From: Octopus vulgaris
Lineage: Eukaryota
Reading direction: 5' to 3'
DNA: 64,000 nt
NCBI GenBank assembly: GCA_951406725.2
Contig: OX597833.1
Span: 19,220,001 to 19,284,000, forward strand
Shown: positions 1 to 12,747 of the stretch, piece after piece
Position numbering within the stretch: position 1 is the first letter of the stretch
How the letters are laid out: every line of letters starts with the position of its first letter
Made by a program: the position numbers and the translations under genes
The notes under the pieces: generated by a model
What the model was told of the DNA's origin: nothing
Seen by the model: the letters and a program-made list of their open reading frames with translations, nothing else
Databases searched by the model: none

Positions 1-113
1 AGGATGAAAGGCAAAGTCGACCTCGGCGGAATTTGAACTCAGAACGTAATGGCAGACAAAATACCACTAAGCATTTTGCCCAGCGTGCTAACGATTCTGC
101 CAGCTCGCCACCT
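1..113 (-). mobile_element. tRNA-derived SINE family A, 5' part (cut by window edge)
   Basis: Reverse complement reads GGTGGCGAGCTGGCAGAATCGTTAGCACGCTGGGC...GTTCTGAGTTCAAATTCCGCCGAGGTCGAC (A-box/B-box-like). The same sequence recurs many times in the window. A second decayed copy lies at about 150-285. Confidence 0.85.
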
Positions 114-399
114 TTATATAAAATAAAATATTACAATAAGGGTTACAAATTTTGACACAAGGCCAGTAATCTCGGGGAAGAGGGTAAGTCGATTACATCG
201 ACCCCAGTATTGAACTGGTATTTATTTTATCGACCCAGAAAGGCTGAAAGATAAAGTCGACCCCGGCGGAATTTCAACACAGAGTCCATAAAATACCACT
301 GTGGACCTTCAATTTACTATTTTGCTTGTTTGGACCCCAAAAAATTTCAATGGGTCCCAGCTGAGAATCACTGGTGTAGAAGTAAAACGGTACGCTAAG

Positions 400-580
400 C
401 GTAACTTAATGCGAATTTTATCACGAAAAGTTGATTTTAAGTTGGTAACAAGGTCTTTATAGTTTTCACTTTTGTGTTTCCCAAGGAAATTTTGCCCTAC
501 TTCTGCAAAGGCTAGCCAAGCTGATGCTTCATTTTCGCTCATTACTTTCCCGAAATTTGTTTCCTTCAAGAGCTTACGGA
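400..580 (-). pseudogene. Fragment of a Chapaev3/CMC-like DNA transposase
   Basis: RKLLKETNF...EASAWLAFAEVGQNFLGKHKSENYKDLV resembles the E..AW..F..V..NFLG.HK..NY..LV segment I recall from this family. Recognition only. Confidence 0.5.
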
Positions 581-627
581 CCCCAAAAAATTTTCAAAAG
601 CGTGAAATCAAGACTGGAGAAACTCAC

Positions 628-1053
628 GGGTTGTTGGGACTATGGTAACTGGATGGCCTTCAGCATTTGATGGTCCTCCTGTTTCTGTAACTGTCGAGGT
701 AACCACTGGGTCAGCTTCTACTGAAGATGTTCCTTCTTGTGTAATTGCGTTGTGGTAAGACGATGACAGCGTCGACCACGATGACCATAATGATGAGGGG
801 TATGAGAAAGAGGAGGAGAATGAGTAGGAGGAAGTAGAGGATGGTACAGACAATGGAGAAGAGGTGGAGGTGGAGGAAGATAATGTAGGCGGAGGTGATG
901 AGGAGACGGAAGAAGAAGAGAAAGAAATGGAAAAGGAGGGGGCTAGTGATGTTATTAGCGACGTTGAAGTTGAAGATTGTGTATTAGTCGACTGCATTAT
1001 CGTTGATGTTGTTGTCGCTGTTGTTGATGCAACCGTTGGACGACTCTTCAGGG
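628..1053 (-). CDS. Host gene exon encoding a Ser/Thr-rich mucin-like stalk
   Basis: Acceptor TTGTTTTGTTTTTCCCTCCTCTGAAG|, phase 1, open frame (P)LKSRPTVASTTATTTSTIMQS...VPTT. Consensus donor C|GTGAGT after 628, so the gene probably continues left of the window. Otherwise the frame stops at 608. Confidence 0.7.
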
Positions 1054-1204
1054 CTTCAGAGGAGGGAAAAACAAAACAAATTAAATAACTTTTAACAATG
1101 TCATGTATTAACAGGTGTGCGTATGTGTATGTGGTAGCGTAAGCAAGTGCGTGTGAGTATGTGTGTGTATGTGTGTGTGTGTGTGTGTGTGTTTGCGTGT
1201 AGAG

Positions 1205-1423
1205 CAGTGCTTTTCAACATTTTTGCTGGAGCGGAACCCCAGAGAAACATTCCACTGGCTCGAGGAACCCCTGTGCAATAATTTAATAGTCTTATGCACA
1301 CATATCTGCACAGGAGAATTAAAAATTACTGCCGATTTTAGCAGTTTTGTAACTTCTTGCGGAACCCCTGGACTGTACTGGCGGAACCCTAAGGTTCCGC
1401 GGAACCCTGGTTGAAAACCACTG
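1205..1423. mobile_element. hAT (Charlie/Buster-type) MITE
   Basis: TIR CAGTGCTTTTCAAC / GTTGAAAACCACTG. Perfect 8-bp TSD GTGTAGAG at 1197-1204 and 1424-1431. Confidence 0.9.
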
Positions 1424-1653
1424 GTGTAGAGTATACGTGTATGCTTCAGTGTGAAAGCATGTCTTAGTGTGAGAAAGTGTTTGTGGGCATGTGTATTTTT
1501 TTTTTTTGACCAAGTAGATTATTATGGGTCAAGCAAAAGTGCGTGGAATAGTGGTTAGGATTTAAGCTTATGCTTGTAATGTAGTAGATCCGATTTCCGG
1601 ACCGTACTGTACAACGAGTCCTTAGCTGTATCAACTCATTTATCAAACGCTTA

Positions 1654-2098
1654 GGATCTTTTCCTTTTGAAGGCCAGATTTCCTTTTGAAGGCCAGATTT
1701 CAACACAACGTACGGAAAGCGTGTGTAAAAAATTATAGAATTATTTTGATTGTTAATTGTTTAAATCACTTTCCATTGCTTTCGGGTTTTTTTACACACA
1801 TAACAATTAAATCATTTTAACAATTAAGAAAAAAAAATTAGGGTTAGGGTTAGTTACAGGATGTTGTCTTAGTTTTAGACGCAGCAAATGTTGTTTACCT
1901 AAATGGAGGTAATCGATTGGCTAAAATTGCCAAAATGCTCGGATTTTCAGATGAAATATCTTACAACATATAGAATTTTCTCAATAAAGCCAAGAAAAAA
2001 TTATGTTTTATATACACATTCTGCCAGTATACGAAGTTTAAAAGTGTTTAGTTAACTAGAAATTGTGTTGAAATCTGGCCTTCAAAAGGAAAAGATCC
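1654..2098. mobile_element. MITE with GG termini and 8-bp TSD (Merlin-like)
   Basis: TIR GGATCTTTTCCTTTTGAAGGCCAGATTTC..., with a short internal duplication in the left TIR. TSD AACGCTTA at 1646-1653 and 2099-2106. Confidence 0.85.
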
Positions 2099-2374
2099 AA
2101 CGCTTATATAATCAAACACTTCTGATTCACATGTGTGAAGGTGCCTGGCCAAATGGTTACACTGTTAGATTCACAACCATAAGATCTTGGTTTCGATATT
2201 GGTATGGGTATCATGTTGTGCTTGCTCTTCCGCAAATCACTTCATTTCACGTTACTCCAGTTCATTCAGCTAAAAATAAGGATCAGCAACAGCGTGAGGT
2301 TAACTCTGCAACAGATTCAGGTCCTGTTCAGGATGGTAGACGTACGTATTGTACTCTCAGTCACTTACACGCCC

Positions 2375-4612
2375 TGAGCATGTAGGATTGCTAAGGATAT
2401 AATGTTAATGAGCATGTAGGATTGCTAAGGATATAATGTTAATGAGCATGTAGAATTGCTAAGGATATAATGTTAATGAGCATGTAGAATTGCTAAGGAT
2501 ATAATGTTAATGAGCGTGTAGGATTGCTAAGGATATAATGTTAATGAGCATGTAGGATTGTTAAGGATATAATGTTAATGAGCATGTAGGATTGCTAAGG
2601 ATATAATGTTAATGAGCATGTAGAATTGCTAAGGATATAATGTTAATGAGCATGTAGAATTGCTAAGGATATAATGTTAATGAGCGTGTAGGATTGTTAA
2701 GGATATAATGTTAATGAGCGTGTAGGATTGTTAAGGATATAATGTTAATGAGCATGTAGGATTGTTAAGGATATAATGTTAATGAGCATGTAGGATTGCT
2801 AAGGATATAATGTTAATGAGCATGTAGGATTGCTAAGGATATAATGTTAATGAGCATGTAGGATTGTTAAGGATATAATGTTAATGAACATGTAGGATTG
2901 TTAAGGATATAATGTTAATGAGCATGTAGAATTGCTAAGGATATAATGTTAATGAGCATGTAGAATTGCTAAGGATATAATGTTAATGAGCGTGTAGGAT
3001 TGCTAAGGATATAATGTTAATGAGCATGTAGGATTGTTAAGGATATAATGTTAATGAGCATGTAGGATTGCTAAGGATATAATGTTAATGAGCATGTAGA
3101 ATTGCTAAGGATATAATGTTAATGAGCATGTAGAATTGCTAAGGATATAATGTTAATGAGCATGTAGGATTGTTAAGGATATAATGTTAATGAGCGTGTA
3201 GGATTGTTAAGGATATAATGTTAATGAGCATGTAGGATTGTTAAGGATATAATGTTAATGAGCATGTAGGATTGCTAAGGATATAATGTTAATGAGCATG
3301 TAGGATTGCTAAGGATATAATGTTAATGAGCATGTAGGATTGTTAAGGATATAATGTTAATGAACATGTAGGATTGTTAAGGATATAATGTTAATGAGCA
3401 TGTAGGATTGTTAAGGATATAATGTTAATGAGCATGTAGGATTGCTAAGGATATAATGTTAATGAGCATGTAGGATTGCTAAGGATATAATGTTAATGAA
3501 CATGTAGGATTGTTAAGGATATAATGTTAATGAGCGTGTAGGATTGTTAAGGATATAATGTTAATGAGCATGTAGGATTGTTAAGGATATAATGTTAATG
3601 AGCATGTAGGATTGCTAAGGATATAATGTTAATGAGCATGTAGGATTGCTAAGGATATAATGTTAATGAGCATGTAGGATTGTTAAGGATATAATGTTAA
3701 TGAACATGTAGGATTGTTAAGGATATAATGTTAATGAGCATGTAGGATTGTTAAGGATATAATGTTAATGAGCATGTAGGATTGCTAAGGATATAATGTT
3801 AATGAGCATGTAGGATTGCTAAGGATATAATGTTAATGAGCATGTAGGATTGTTAAGGATATAATGTTAATGAACATGTAGGATTGTTAAGGATATAATG
3901 TTAATGAGCGTGTAGGATTGTTAAGGATATAATGTTAATGAGCATGTAGGATTGCTAAGGATATAATGTTAATGAGCATGTAGAATTGCTAAGGATATAA
4001 TGTTAATGAGCATGTAGGATTGCTAAGGATATAATGTTAATGAGCATGTAGGATTGCTAAGGATATAATGTTAATGAGCATGTAGAATTGCTAAGGATAT
4101 AATGTTAATGAGCATGTAGAATTGCTAAGGATATAATGTTAATGAGCGTGTAGGATTGTTAAGGATATAATGTTAATGAGCGTGTAGGATTGTTAAGGAT
4201 ATAATGTTAATGAGCATGTAGGATTGTTAAGGATATAATGTTAATGAGCATGTAGGATTGCTAAGGATATAATGTTAATGAGCATGTAGAATTGCTAAGG
4301 ATATAATGTTAATGAGCATGTAGAATTGCTAAGGATATAATGTTAATGAGCGTGTAGGATTGTTAAGGATATAATGTTAATGAGCGTGTAGGATTGTTAA
4401 GGATATAATGTTAATGAGCATGTAGGATTGTTAAGGATATAATGTTAATGAGCATGTAGGATTGCTAAGGATATAATGTTAATGAGCATGTAGGATTGTT
4501 AAGGATATAATGTTAATGAGCATGTAGGATTGCTAAGGATATAATGTTAATGAGCATGTAGGATTGTTAAGGATATAATGTTAATGAGCATGTAGGATTG
4601 TTAATGATATAA
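2375..4612. repeat. 34-bp minisatellite, about 66 copies
   Basis: Unit GAGCATGTAGGATTGCTAAGGATATAATGTTAAT, head-to-tail with no spacers. Variation is confined to four transition positions. Confidence 0.98.
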
Positions 4613-5186
4613 GGTGAGTGTGCACACGCGTGTGTATTTGCGTGTGTGTAAACACTCTACTAGCAAAGCGTCATGTATGTATTACATGTTATCACAATTA
4701 TATAAATGGTTTAAAACTATTTCGTAATTTGTCGTGTCCTTTCTGGTTTTGTGGAAGTGGAGTGTTTCACAATTACTGCTGTGATAAGTGCCCAAACGAT
4801 CACAAGTACATGTGTGTGTGTGTGTGTGTATACACACACATAGACAGATGTATGCATACGTGTATATTTTACTTCATATCTTTTATCTTTACTTATTTTT
4901 TGTAATTGGACCATGGCCATGCTGGGTCTCTATCTTGAATCGTTTTAGTCGAAGGAACCAAACCTAGCACTAATTTTTCTTTTTTTAAAGCCTGTTACTT
5001 ATTCTATCAATCTTTCATACCAGACCGCTAAGTTATGGGGGTTGTAAACAAACCAATACCGGTTGCCAAACGGAAGGGAAACAAACAAAATTTCTTAACA
5101 TTCTACTTGACACTTAGTTTCTGATACTATGCATCACACAGTTTCTTTTCTTCATCTATTATCTTGCGTTTATATTTATAGACATA

Positions 5187-5493
5187 CTAGCAGTATCGCC
5201 TGGCGTTGCTCGGGTTTGTAAGGGAAATAACTATATAAGCATTTTAAGAGAGTTACTTCCCTTATATAACCGGAGCAAAAATCATTAAAAATGCGGAAAA
5301 ATAATGGTAAATTTTTTTTTAAATCGTAGACTCATTGTAGACGCACTATAATACCCAGAAGGGCTCGATATGAATGACGACTATAAGATACACGCTTTTG
5401 GTTAAACTGCACCTCAAAATGTGGGAGTAGTTAGGAATCTAAATCGGAGGAGACAGAGTCTCACACACACAACTTCAATTTTATATATAAAGA
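5187..5493 (-). mobile_element. Non-autonomous Helitron
   Basis: On the minus strand it starts TC and ends with a CCCGAGCAACGCCAGG hairpin plus CTAG, inserted at A|T. There are five copies in the window. Confidence 0.8.
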
Positions 5494-5612
5494 TTAACAG
5501 GAGTCTCCTATCAGTATTCTGTCATATTGCATTTGAGTTTGCTCTCAACATCTCTGCAGTTTGTTGTCTCTTGATCTTTAGAGCCATGTATGCATCTGTG
5601 TACACATATATG

Positions 5613-6120
5613 CAGGGTGTCCCAGAATGAACTATTTCAGTGAAATCGAACAATTTCTTTAAAAACTAACTTTATTTATGTTTATCATGATTAATATCTG
5701 TTAAAAGTATGTAATTTTTTGATCGTGTTTATAATTTTATAATTTTTATAATTCACTTTCATTCCTGTCGGGTCCCGTTTATCTGTCCACGGCATTTTTT
5801 TTTTTTTTTCAATTTGGCCACAGTCTCTACCTCCATCTCTAGGATGGAGTAATAGTTCAGCTGAACTATTCAGCAGTGCATTCAGCAGCGCAGGAAATAA
5901 CCCCTGAAATGCTTCAAAACGTGTTTCGCAATGATAAGGATAGATTTGAAATTTGCATGCATACAGACGGAACACATGTTGAAAATTTTCAATAAGGTAA
6001 GATTTATAAATCTATTTGTTTTGGCATCATAATTATGTAAATATAAAATTCTGTCAGTTTTTATTGTCTTTTTTTATTTGCCCGATTTCATTGAAACATA
6101 ATTAATTCATGGACACCCTG
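5613..6120 (+). mobile_element. Tc1/mariner deletion derivative
   Basis: TIR CAGGGTGTCC / GGACACCCTG followed by TA. Internal transposase C-terminal remnant (PEMLQNVF...RFEICMHTDGTHVE). Confidence 0.75.
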
Positions 6121-6798
6121 TATATACATATATATTACATGGAAAAATACGAGTAAGAGAAATAATACTCTTAAGATTATAAACTTGGAAAATTACAGGA
6201 TAAGTTCAGGACAACTTATTACATCTGGGTAAAGTACAGAACAAGAAAATTTTTACTTAAAATATTGCAGCTAAGGATAAAATCTCAAATAAAATATTTA
6301 GATTTAGAAATTAAAACTCAAAAACTCAAAATATATTTTGCACTTTAAAAAATTCATTTTTTAAAATTATAAATTAATAATTAGAAATTTGAAAATAGGT
6401 TTTAAAAAATAATAGTAGTACATAATTTGTTAGTACAATAGATAGAAATTCTGTTGAGGACATTATCATTTGTCCATTCCAGATCGATGAATAAAGTACA
6501 AGTCAAGTACTGGGTTTGATTTTATCTCTCTCTCTCTCTCTCTCAGTCTTTCTGTCTGTCTGTCTGTCTCTCTCTCACACCCACACACATATAAATATAT
6601 ATATATATGAGCAGGAGAGAGAGTGTGTGTTTGAAATTGGACCCAGTACTTGATTGGTACTTTATTCATCGACCTTGAATGGATAAATGATAAACTAGTC
6701 CTCAATAGAATTTGAATGCAGAGAGCCGGAACAAATATTTCAAAGCACCAGTCTAGTCGACTCTCTTGTGACTCTGACACATTTAGAACTATACTTAC

Positions 6799-6892
6799 GA
6801 ACCATATCCGCAGAACAATAATAATAATTGCTTTTCACAAAATTAATTTTATAATTTTCAATCCAGTCCTTTGTGATACACGTGAAGTTAAC
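6799..6892 (-). CDS. Host gene exon (VNFTCITKDWIENYKINFVKSNYYYCSADMV)
   Basis: Acceptor TTTTACTGTCTCCCTCTAG|, donor C|GTAAGT. 94 nt, phase 0 to 1, open, and phase-compatible with the flanking exons. Confidence 0.75.
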
Positions 6893-7148
6893 CTAGAGGG
6901 AGACAGTAAAATTTAGAGACTATAAGAGTTTATTCACATTTACAGTAATTACTACCACTTTACAATTTAACCTCATCATTAATATCAGTGAGAAAAAATA
7001 CAATAACTAAATCAGTTAAGACATGTCTACAAAAAGCAACTGAGATAGTTCTTTCACTACATGTAAGTGAAACTCTTCCAGTCTGCTTCCAGTAATGTGA
7101 TGTAGTTACTACTGTACGCGGTAGTTATTAGCGGTTGTGATGTACATA

Positions 7149-7542
7149 GGCACAGGAGTGGCTGTGTGGTAAGTAGCTTGCTTACCAACCACATGGTTTC
7201 AGGTTCAGTCCCACTGCGTGGCATCTTGGGCAAGTGTCTTCTGCTATAGCCCCGGGCTGACCAATGCCTTGTGAGTGGATTTGGTAGATGGAAACTGAAA
7301 GAAGCCTGTCATATATATGTATATATATATGTATGTGTGTGTATATGTTTGTGTGTCTGTGTTTGTCCCCCTAGCATTGCTTGACAACCGATGCTGGTGT
7401 GTTTACGTCCCCGTCACTTAGCGGTTCGGCAAAAGAAACCGATAGAATAAGTACTGGGCTTACAAAGTCCCGGGGTCGATTTGCTCGATTAAAGGCGGTG
7501 CTCCAGCATGGCTGCAGTCAAATGACTGAAACAAGTAAAAGA

Positions 7543-7548
<6 letters not shown>
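7149..7548 (+). mobile_element. tRNA-derived SINE family B
   Basis: Head GGCACAGGAGTGGCTGTGTGGTAAG...GGTTCAGTCCC, internal (TA)/(TG) tract, tail ACAAGTAAAAGAGTAAAAGA. Confidence 0.9.
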
Positions 7549-7596
<48 letters not shown>

Positions 7597-7719
7597 AGAA
7601 AATGTAGGAGAAATTATGATAAACAAGTTTTATATCATTTATTCCCTACGTGCATTTTACCATTGTAGTTAATCCTCTGCATGGACGTTGCAAATACAAC
7701 AAAGTGTTCCCCTGATGAA

Positions 7720-8110
7720 CTGTAGTGGTTCAGCTAACTTCACATACTTCATTTTTATTATAATGTGGATTGTCGTCTACATGTATGTGTTGTCGGCACT
7801 GTAATATTCTTGTCGCCAGTATTGTCTTTGACTCGTCTGTCGTGCTATCACTGATTGCTCCACAAGACAATGACTTTGTAATGTCTACTTTGACGGTAAC
7901 TCAAACTCGTATGTATCACGTAAGTGACACTGACTCCAACTGAGAACACGTACAACGACTCTACTGCTCCTATGACAGACTATCTGAATTTATAGTGGCT
8001 GGTTCATACCACTTTGTCCGGTGGGAAAGGGTGTACCATTTTCACTACAACATTTAGTCTTTTTTCATTTTTTCCTTTGGGAAGCAAGTAATTTTATTTT
8101 ACTTTATTCA
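7720..8110 (-). mobile_element. Possible 3' LTR of the adjacent Gypsy element
   Basis: Purine tract AAGAAGGGAGGAGGGA followed by TG on the minus strand near 8110, and TGTAGTG/CACTACA inverted motifs. Boundaries uncertain. Confidence 0.35.
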
Positions 8111-8169
8111 TCCCTCCTCCCTTCTTAGCGAGTTTTTTTTTTCAACTTAATATTCTTCTTCTTGACATC

Positions 8170-9995
8170 TATTTGTTCTTCCTTTTTCTTCCACTTGTAC
8201 GCATGGATTCAACCACCTGTAATGTGTCATACAGCCATTCCATAGGTTCTTCCGGTTCATTTTCTATGAATCTCTTCTTCAATTGGTTTCTGCCCTTTTC
8301 AGTACCTTTTCTGCCTTTTATTTCGTACATTATTCTTCTTATGTGCTTTGTAATTTTTTATTTCTTTCCAGTATTGTTTTCAATTTTTATACGACCATAT
8401 GGACACCTTATCACCAATTTTGATAAGTTTGGGATTGTCTTTCCTGGTACATTTTCTTCCCTCACCAGGTAACAGTTTATCAAAAACTGATTTCACCTAC
8501 CTTGCGAACATCAGTTCAGCTGATGAGCTTCCTGCTGGTGTACTGGGGTTCAGTATCACCCTGTATACTCTTAGGAATTACTGCAGAGAGACTTCGTCTG
8601 TGACTTCCTTGATTGCTTTTCTCAAAGCTCTTTTGAAGGTATTCACAAAACGCCCTGCCTGTCCTTTGATCTTGGATGGTAAGGCGCTATCGTTTTATGT
8701 TCTACCATGAGAATTTCGGAGAATTTTCTAAATTCACTGGACACAAATTGCATTCCATTATCAGATACAATCACATTTGTGGTGCCAAACCTTGCGAATA
8801 ATTCATGCAAAACATTTGTTAATGTTTCGGAGGTTGGTCTTTTGTACTTAACAATTTCTGGTCATTTTGTAAAACTGTCAACTACTGCTAAGTAGTAATA
8901 ACCATTTAACGGACCCACGAAATCAGTGTGTAGTCTTGTCGATGGACTTTTTACTTCTGGCCAAGACTCCCATTTTTGAGCAGGCAATTTTGCTGCCAGA
9001 GCAGATCTGCAGCCTTTTACTACGTTTTCGACTTCCTTGTTCATCTTTGGTCAATACACATAACTGCACATAAGTGCTTTCATCCTTGCGACCCCCTGAT
9101 GTCCAATATGGAATTCTTTCAACATTCCTTTTTGTAGAGTATCAGGTATCACTACCCCTTGGCCATACATCAGTACGCCATTGTGTGTTAAATATATGTT
9201 TTGCTTTTCCTTACCCGAACCTTCTTTTATTTTCATTCGCTGACCACAGATATTATATTTTTTGCTTCATTAATGGACTTTTGACGCTTCTCTTTAACTC
9301 CTCCAGAGTTACTGGTCACTCTGGTACAATGTTCCACATTATGTGTTTAATTTCCCCTTCGGCTTTTAGGGCTACTATTACTGTGTCCTCGAATAGCTCA
9401 CCATTTCTGGGTATTTACCTGAAACCGTCAGTATGTCCTAGCCTTTTCGAAGGTAAATATTCCATTGCATAGTCATAGTTTAGTAGTATGTTGCCCCATC
9501 GCTGCAACTTGTTTGCTATTGAGATTGTGTATTGAGATTCCTTTCTTAGACCCATAAATCGTTAGCAACGGGCGATGGACTGTTTGTAGTCTGAACTGTC
9601 TACCATGTATAAACCTGTGGAACTTTTTTAGGCCAAATATAATCGCCAGTGCCTCTTTTTCAATTTGGCTATAATTTTTTCTGCTGGCAATAGCATCCTT
9701 GACGCGTGACCTATGGCCTTTTGGCTGCCATCTTCACATTTGTGTAGGAGTACAGCATCAACCTCGTACTCACTAGCATTTGTTGCCAGTATTGTTTCCA
9801 ACTTCAGATCGAAATGTGTAAGTGACAAGTCTGAAGTTAACATGTGTTTTAGCTTCTCATTGCCTTTTGGCATTTTTCTGACCAAAAACCATTTAGCATC
9901 CTTGTTTAACAGCTCGTTTAGTGGAGTCTTTGTGTTGTGTATATTCGGGATGTATACTTGATAGTAGTTTACTAAGCCTAAAAATATTTTTAGCA
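8170..9995 (-). mobile_element. Decayed Ty3/Gypsy pol (RT thumb, RNase H, integrase)
   Basis: FLGLVNYY, LATNASEY..DAVLLH, HASRMLLPAEK, FHIGHQGVARMKAL, RLHTDFVGPLNG.YYLAVVDSFTK across several frameshifted ORFs. Confidence 0.9.
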
Positions 9996-10772
9996 ATTTG
10001 ACGTTTGTTAAGATAAAGTACTATACAAGAAATTGAAAACGAATGAAACTGAAAATAGGTGGGTAAAGAAAAGAATGCATGGTCAATTTGATAGGGATAT
10101 TGAAGATAAGACAGACAGAGAAAAAAGATGACTGTGGATGAGTAAAAGTGATTTAAAACCGGAAATGGAGGCTCTAATCTGTGCTGCCCAAGAGCAAGCA
10201 CTAAGACCAAACCACATAAAATACAAAATTGACAACACGTCAGAAACTGATAAGTTCACAATCTGTGGACAAAATGGTGAAACCGTGTGGTATATTATCA
10301 GCCAATGTACGCCACTAGCCCAGAAAGAATATAAGAGACATGACGACAATATAGCCAGGCTTGTCCATTGGACACTTTGCAACAAGTGTGGACTTGACAG
10401 AGCAAAACATTGGTACGACCACAAACCTGAAGGCATCACCGAAAATGGAAAGGCAAAAATCCTATGGGATTTTATGATTCAGTGCGACCATGAGATAGAG
10501 AATAGGAAGCCAGACATAGTCTTAATTGAGAAAAAAAAAAAAAACTATACTGGATCATAGATATAGCATACCCATCAGACAACAAGGTATGCAATAAGGA
10601 AGAAAGAAAAGTCGAGAGATATGACAGGTTAGCTTGGGAAGTTGAGCAGTTGTGGTCGATGAAAAAGGTAGTAGCAGTGTCAATAATTGTCTGAGCCCTG
10701 GGAAGAGTGAGCAAAAATCTCGAGAAGCACATGGAACAAATAGGGGCTGCAATAAGGGTAGAGCACTTGCAA
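9996..10772 (+). mobile_element. R4/Dong-clade non-LTR retrotransposon, 3' fragment (Zn knuckle plus restriction-like endonuclease)
   Basis: EALICAAQEQAL...ETVWYIISQC..LAQKEYKRHD...KILWDFMIQCDHEIENRKPDIVLI, frameshifted in an A-run. Confidence 0.85.
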
Positions 10773-10886
10773 AGGATGAAAGGCAAAGTTGACCTCGGCG
10801 GAATTTGAACTCAGAACGTAGCGGCAGACGGAATACCGCTAAACATTTCAAGCGTGCTATCGATTCTGCCAGCTCGTCGCCTTAAA

Positions 10887-10947
<61 letters not shown>

Positions 10948-11004
10948 TGGCTTCAAATTTTGACACAAGGGCAAATAATAATGATGAAGATGGTAACAAT
11001 AATA

Positions 11005-11254
11005 GTCACTGATAAAAATATATCTGTAAAGGAATTTGACAAATTAAGTAAATATATGGACCTGAAAGTTGAAACAAAAGATGTGGCATCTTAAAACGAG
11101 AACTGTTCCTGTAATTGTGAGTGCCCTAGGTATGATAAGAAAGGGATGTCAAAAACATCTAGATAGTATCCCAGGAGAACTATGTCTCAGAGAAATCCAA
11201 AAGATTGTGCTATCAAGTACTGTCCACATCCTTAGAAAAACTCTATCAATTTAA
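11005..11254 (+). mobile_element. R4/Dong-like C-terminal fragment (duplicate at about 12805-13054)
   Basis: KEFDKLSKYMDLK...MWHLKTRTVPVIVSALGMI...IQKIVLSSTVHILRKTLSI*, adjacent to (TAA)n. Confidence 0.7.
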
Positions 11255-11529
11255 ATGTCTTAATTTATGAACCCCGAAAGGATGAAAGGAAAAGTCGACC
11301 TTGGCAGAATTTGAACTCAGAACGTAGCGACGGGCAAAATAAGCTAAGCATTTCGTCAAGCATGCTAACGAACATGCCAGCTCGCTGCCTTAAAATAATA
11401 ATAATGATGATGATGATGATGATGACGATGACGATGATGATAATGATAATAATAATAATAATAATAATAATGATGATGATAATGATGATAATCGTTTCTT
11501 TATTGCTGCTGCTGTGCTCTTACTGTTAC

Positions 11530-11900
11530 TGTTGAGCGAATGGTCTTCATCCCAGAGCTTGCAAGATGGGAGAAGTCTGAAACGTGGTCCTTTGCTATTC
11601 GTAAGACCTGCAGAAGAGAAAGCAGGTCAACCCCCAACACCGAGAGCATCGGCGGATGGATGAATGCGCATCCAGGCTCAGCGGTTACGTAGGAAGTCAG
11701 GGACAAGAAACAGGAAGAAAGAGTGAAAGAAAGTTGGAGCGAAAGAGTACAACAGGGGTCGCCACCACCCCCTACTGGAGCCTCGTGGAGCTTTAGGTGT
11801 TTTCGCTCAATAAACACACACAACGCCCGGTCTGAGAATTGAAACCGCAATCCTCCTACCTCAAGTCCGCTGCCCTAACCATTGGGCCATTGCGCCTCCA
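11530..11900 (-). mobile_element. tRNA-derived SINE family C, tail type 2 (duplicate at 13330-13700)
   Basis: Head TGGAGGCGCAATGGCCCAATGGTTAGGGCAGCGGAC is shared with the copies at 44170 and 45172. The 3' half is unrelated to theirs. Confidence 0.8.
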
Positions 11901-12689
11901 CTTGTTGTTGCTGCTGCTGCTGTTGTTGTTACTGTTGTTGTTGTAGTTGTTTTTGTTGTTATTGTGGTGGTGGTGGTACGTGCAAAAGTGAGGGAGGACT
12001 CCCTTCTCTCTTTTGTTGTGAGCAAAAGGTATTTAGATGATTTGTGTCCCCACACAGGTTAATTTATGATGTCCGGAATCGTTTCTAAACTTATCCAGCT
12101 CTAAGCCTTGCCCCAGTCAGTTTTGTTTACGCAGTTTCCGTGCCTGTAGAATGTTTGTTCTGTCCTCTCTGTCCAGGAGGACAGCTGCTACCAACCAGCA
12201 GATGTCTGTTTCTGGTGGTACGTCTCGAAGTTTTTACAACTCTATGACCCAGATATATGGATACCGGAAAAAAAGTTCTCATATTTAGGGTCAAAGTGGA
12301 GTGCTTCCTTGCTTCCTCCTCTGGTAAACCTCACCTCTACAGTGCCATATTTCTTCTCTCTTGCGACAGGTTTTAGTGTCCCTACACTGGACGTAGACAT
12401 TTTTCGATTTGTTGTTGTGTTGCTCGTTCTAATCTACGGCTTTTAACTCCTATTGTTTTATAAGTTATTGTTTCTCAGTAGTCCTGCACAATGGCTTCAG
12501 GTGTGCTAAGAGTTACCCTTCTTCGAGAAGCACATGGAACAAATAGGGGCTGCAATAAGGGTAGAGCACTTGCAAAGGATGAAAGGCAAAGTTGACCTCG
12601 GCGGAATTTGAACTCAGAACGTAGCGGCAGACGGAATACCGCTAAACATTTCAAGCGTGCTATCGATTCTGCCAGCTCGTCGCCTTAAA

Positions 12690-12747
<58 letters not shown>

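Noticed and set aside
1838-1853. TTAGGG telomere-like repeat
   Set aside because: Under three units and internal to a MITE.
2375-4612. CRISPR-like array (34-bp periodicity)
   Set aside because: Units are contiguous with no unique spacers, there are no cas genes, and the context is eukaryotic.
4618-4905. Cys-rich plus-strand ORF
   Set aside because: Largely (TG)n-derived, with no splice support or recognisable motif.
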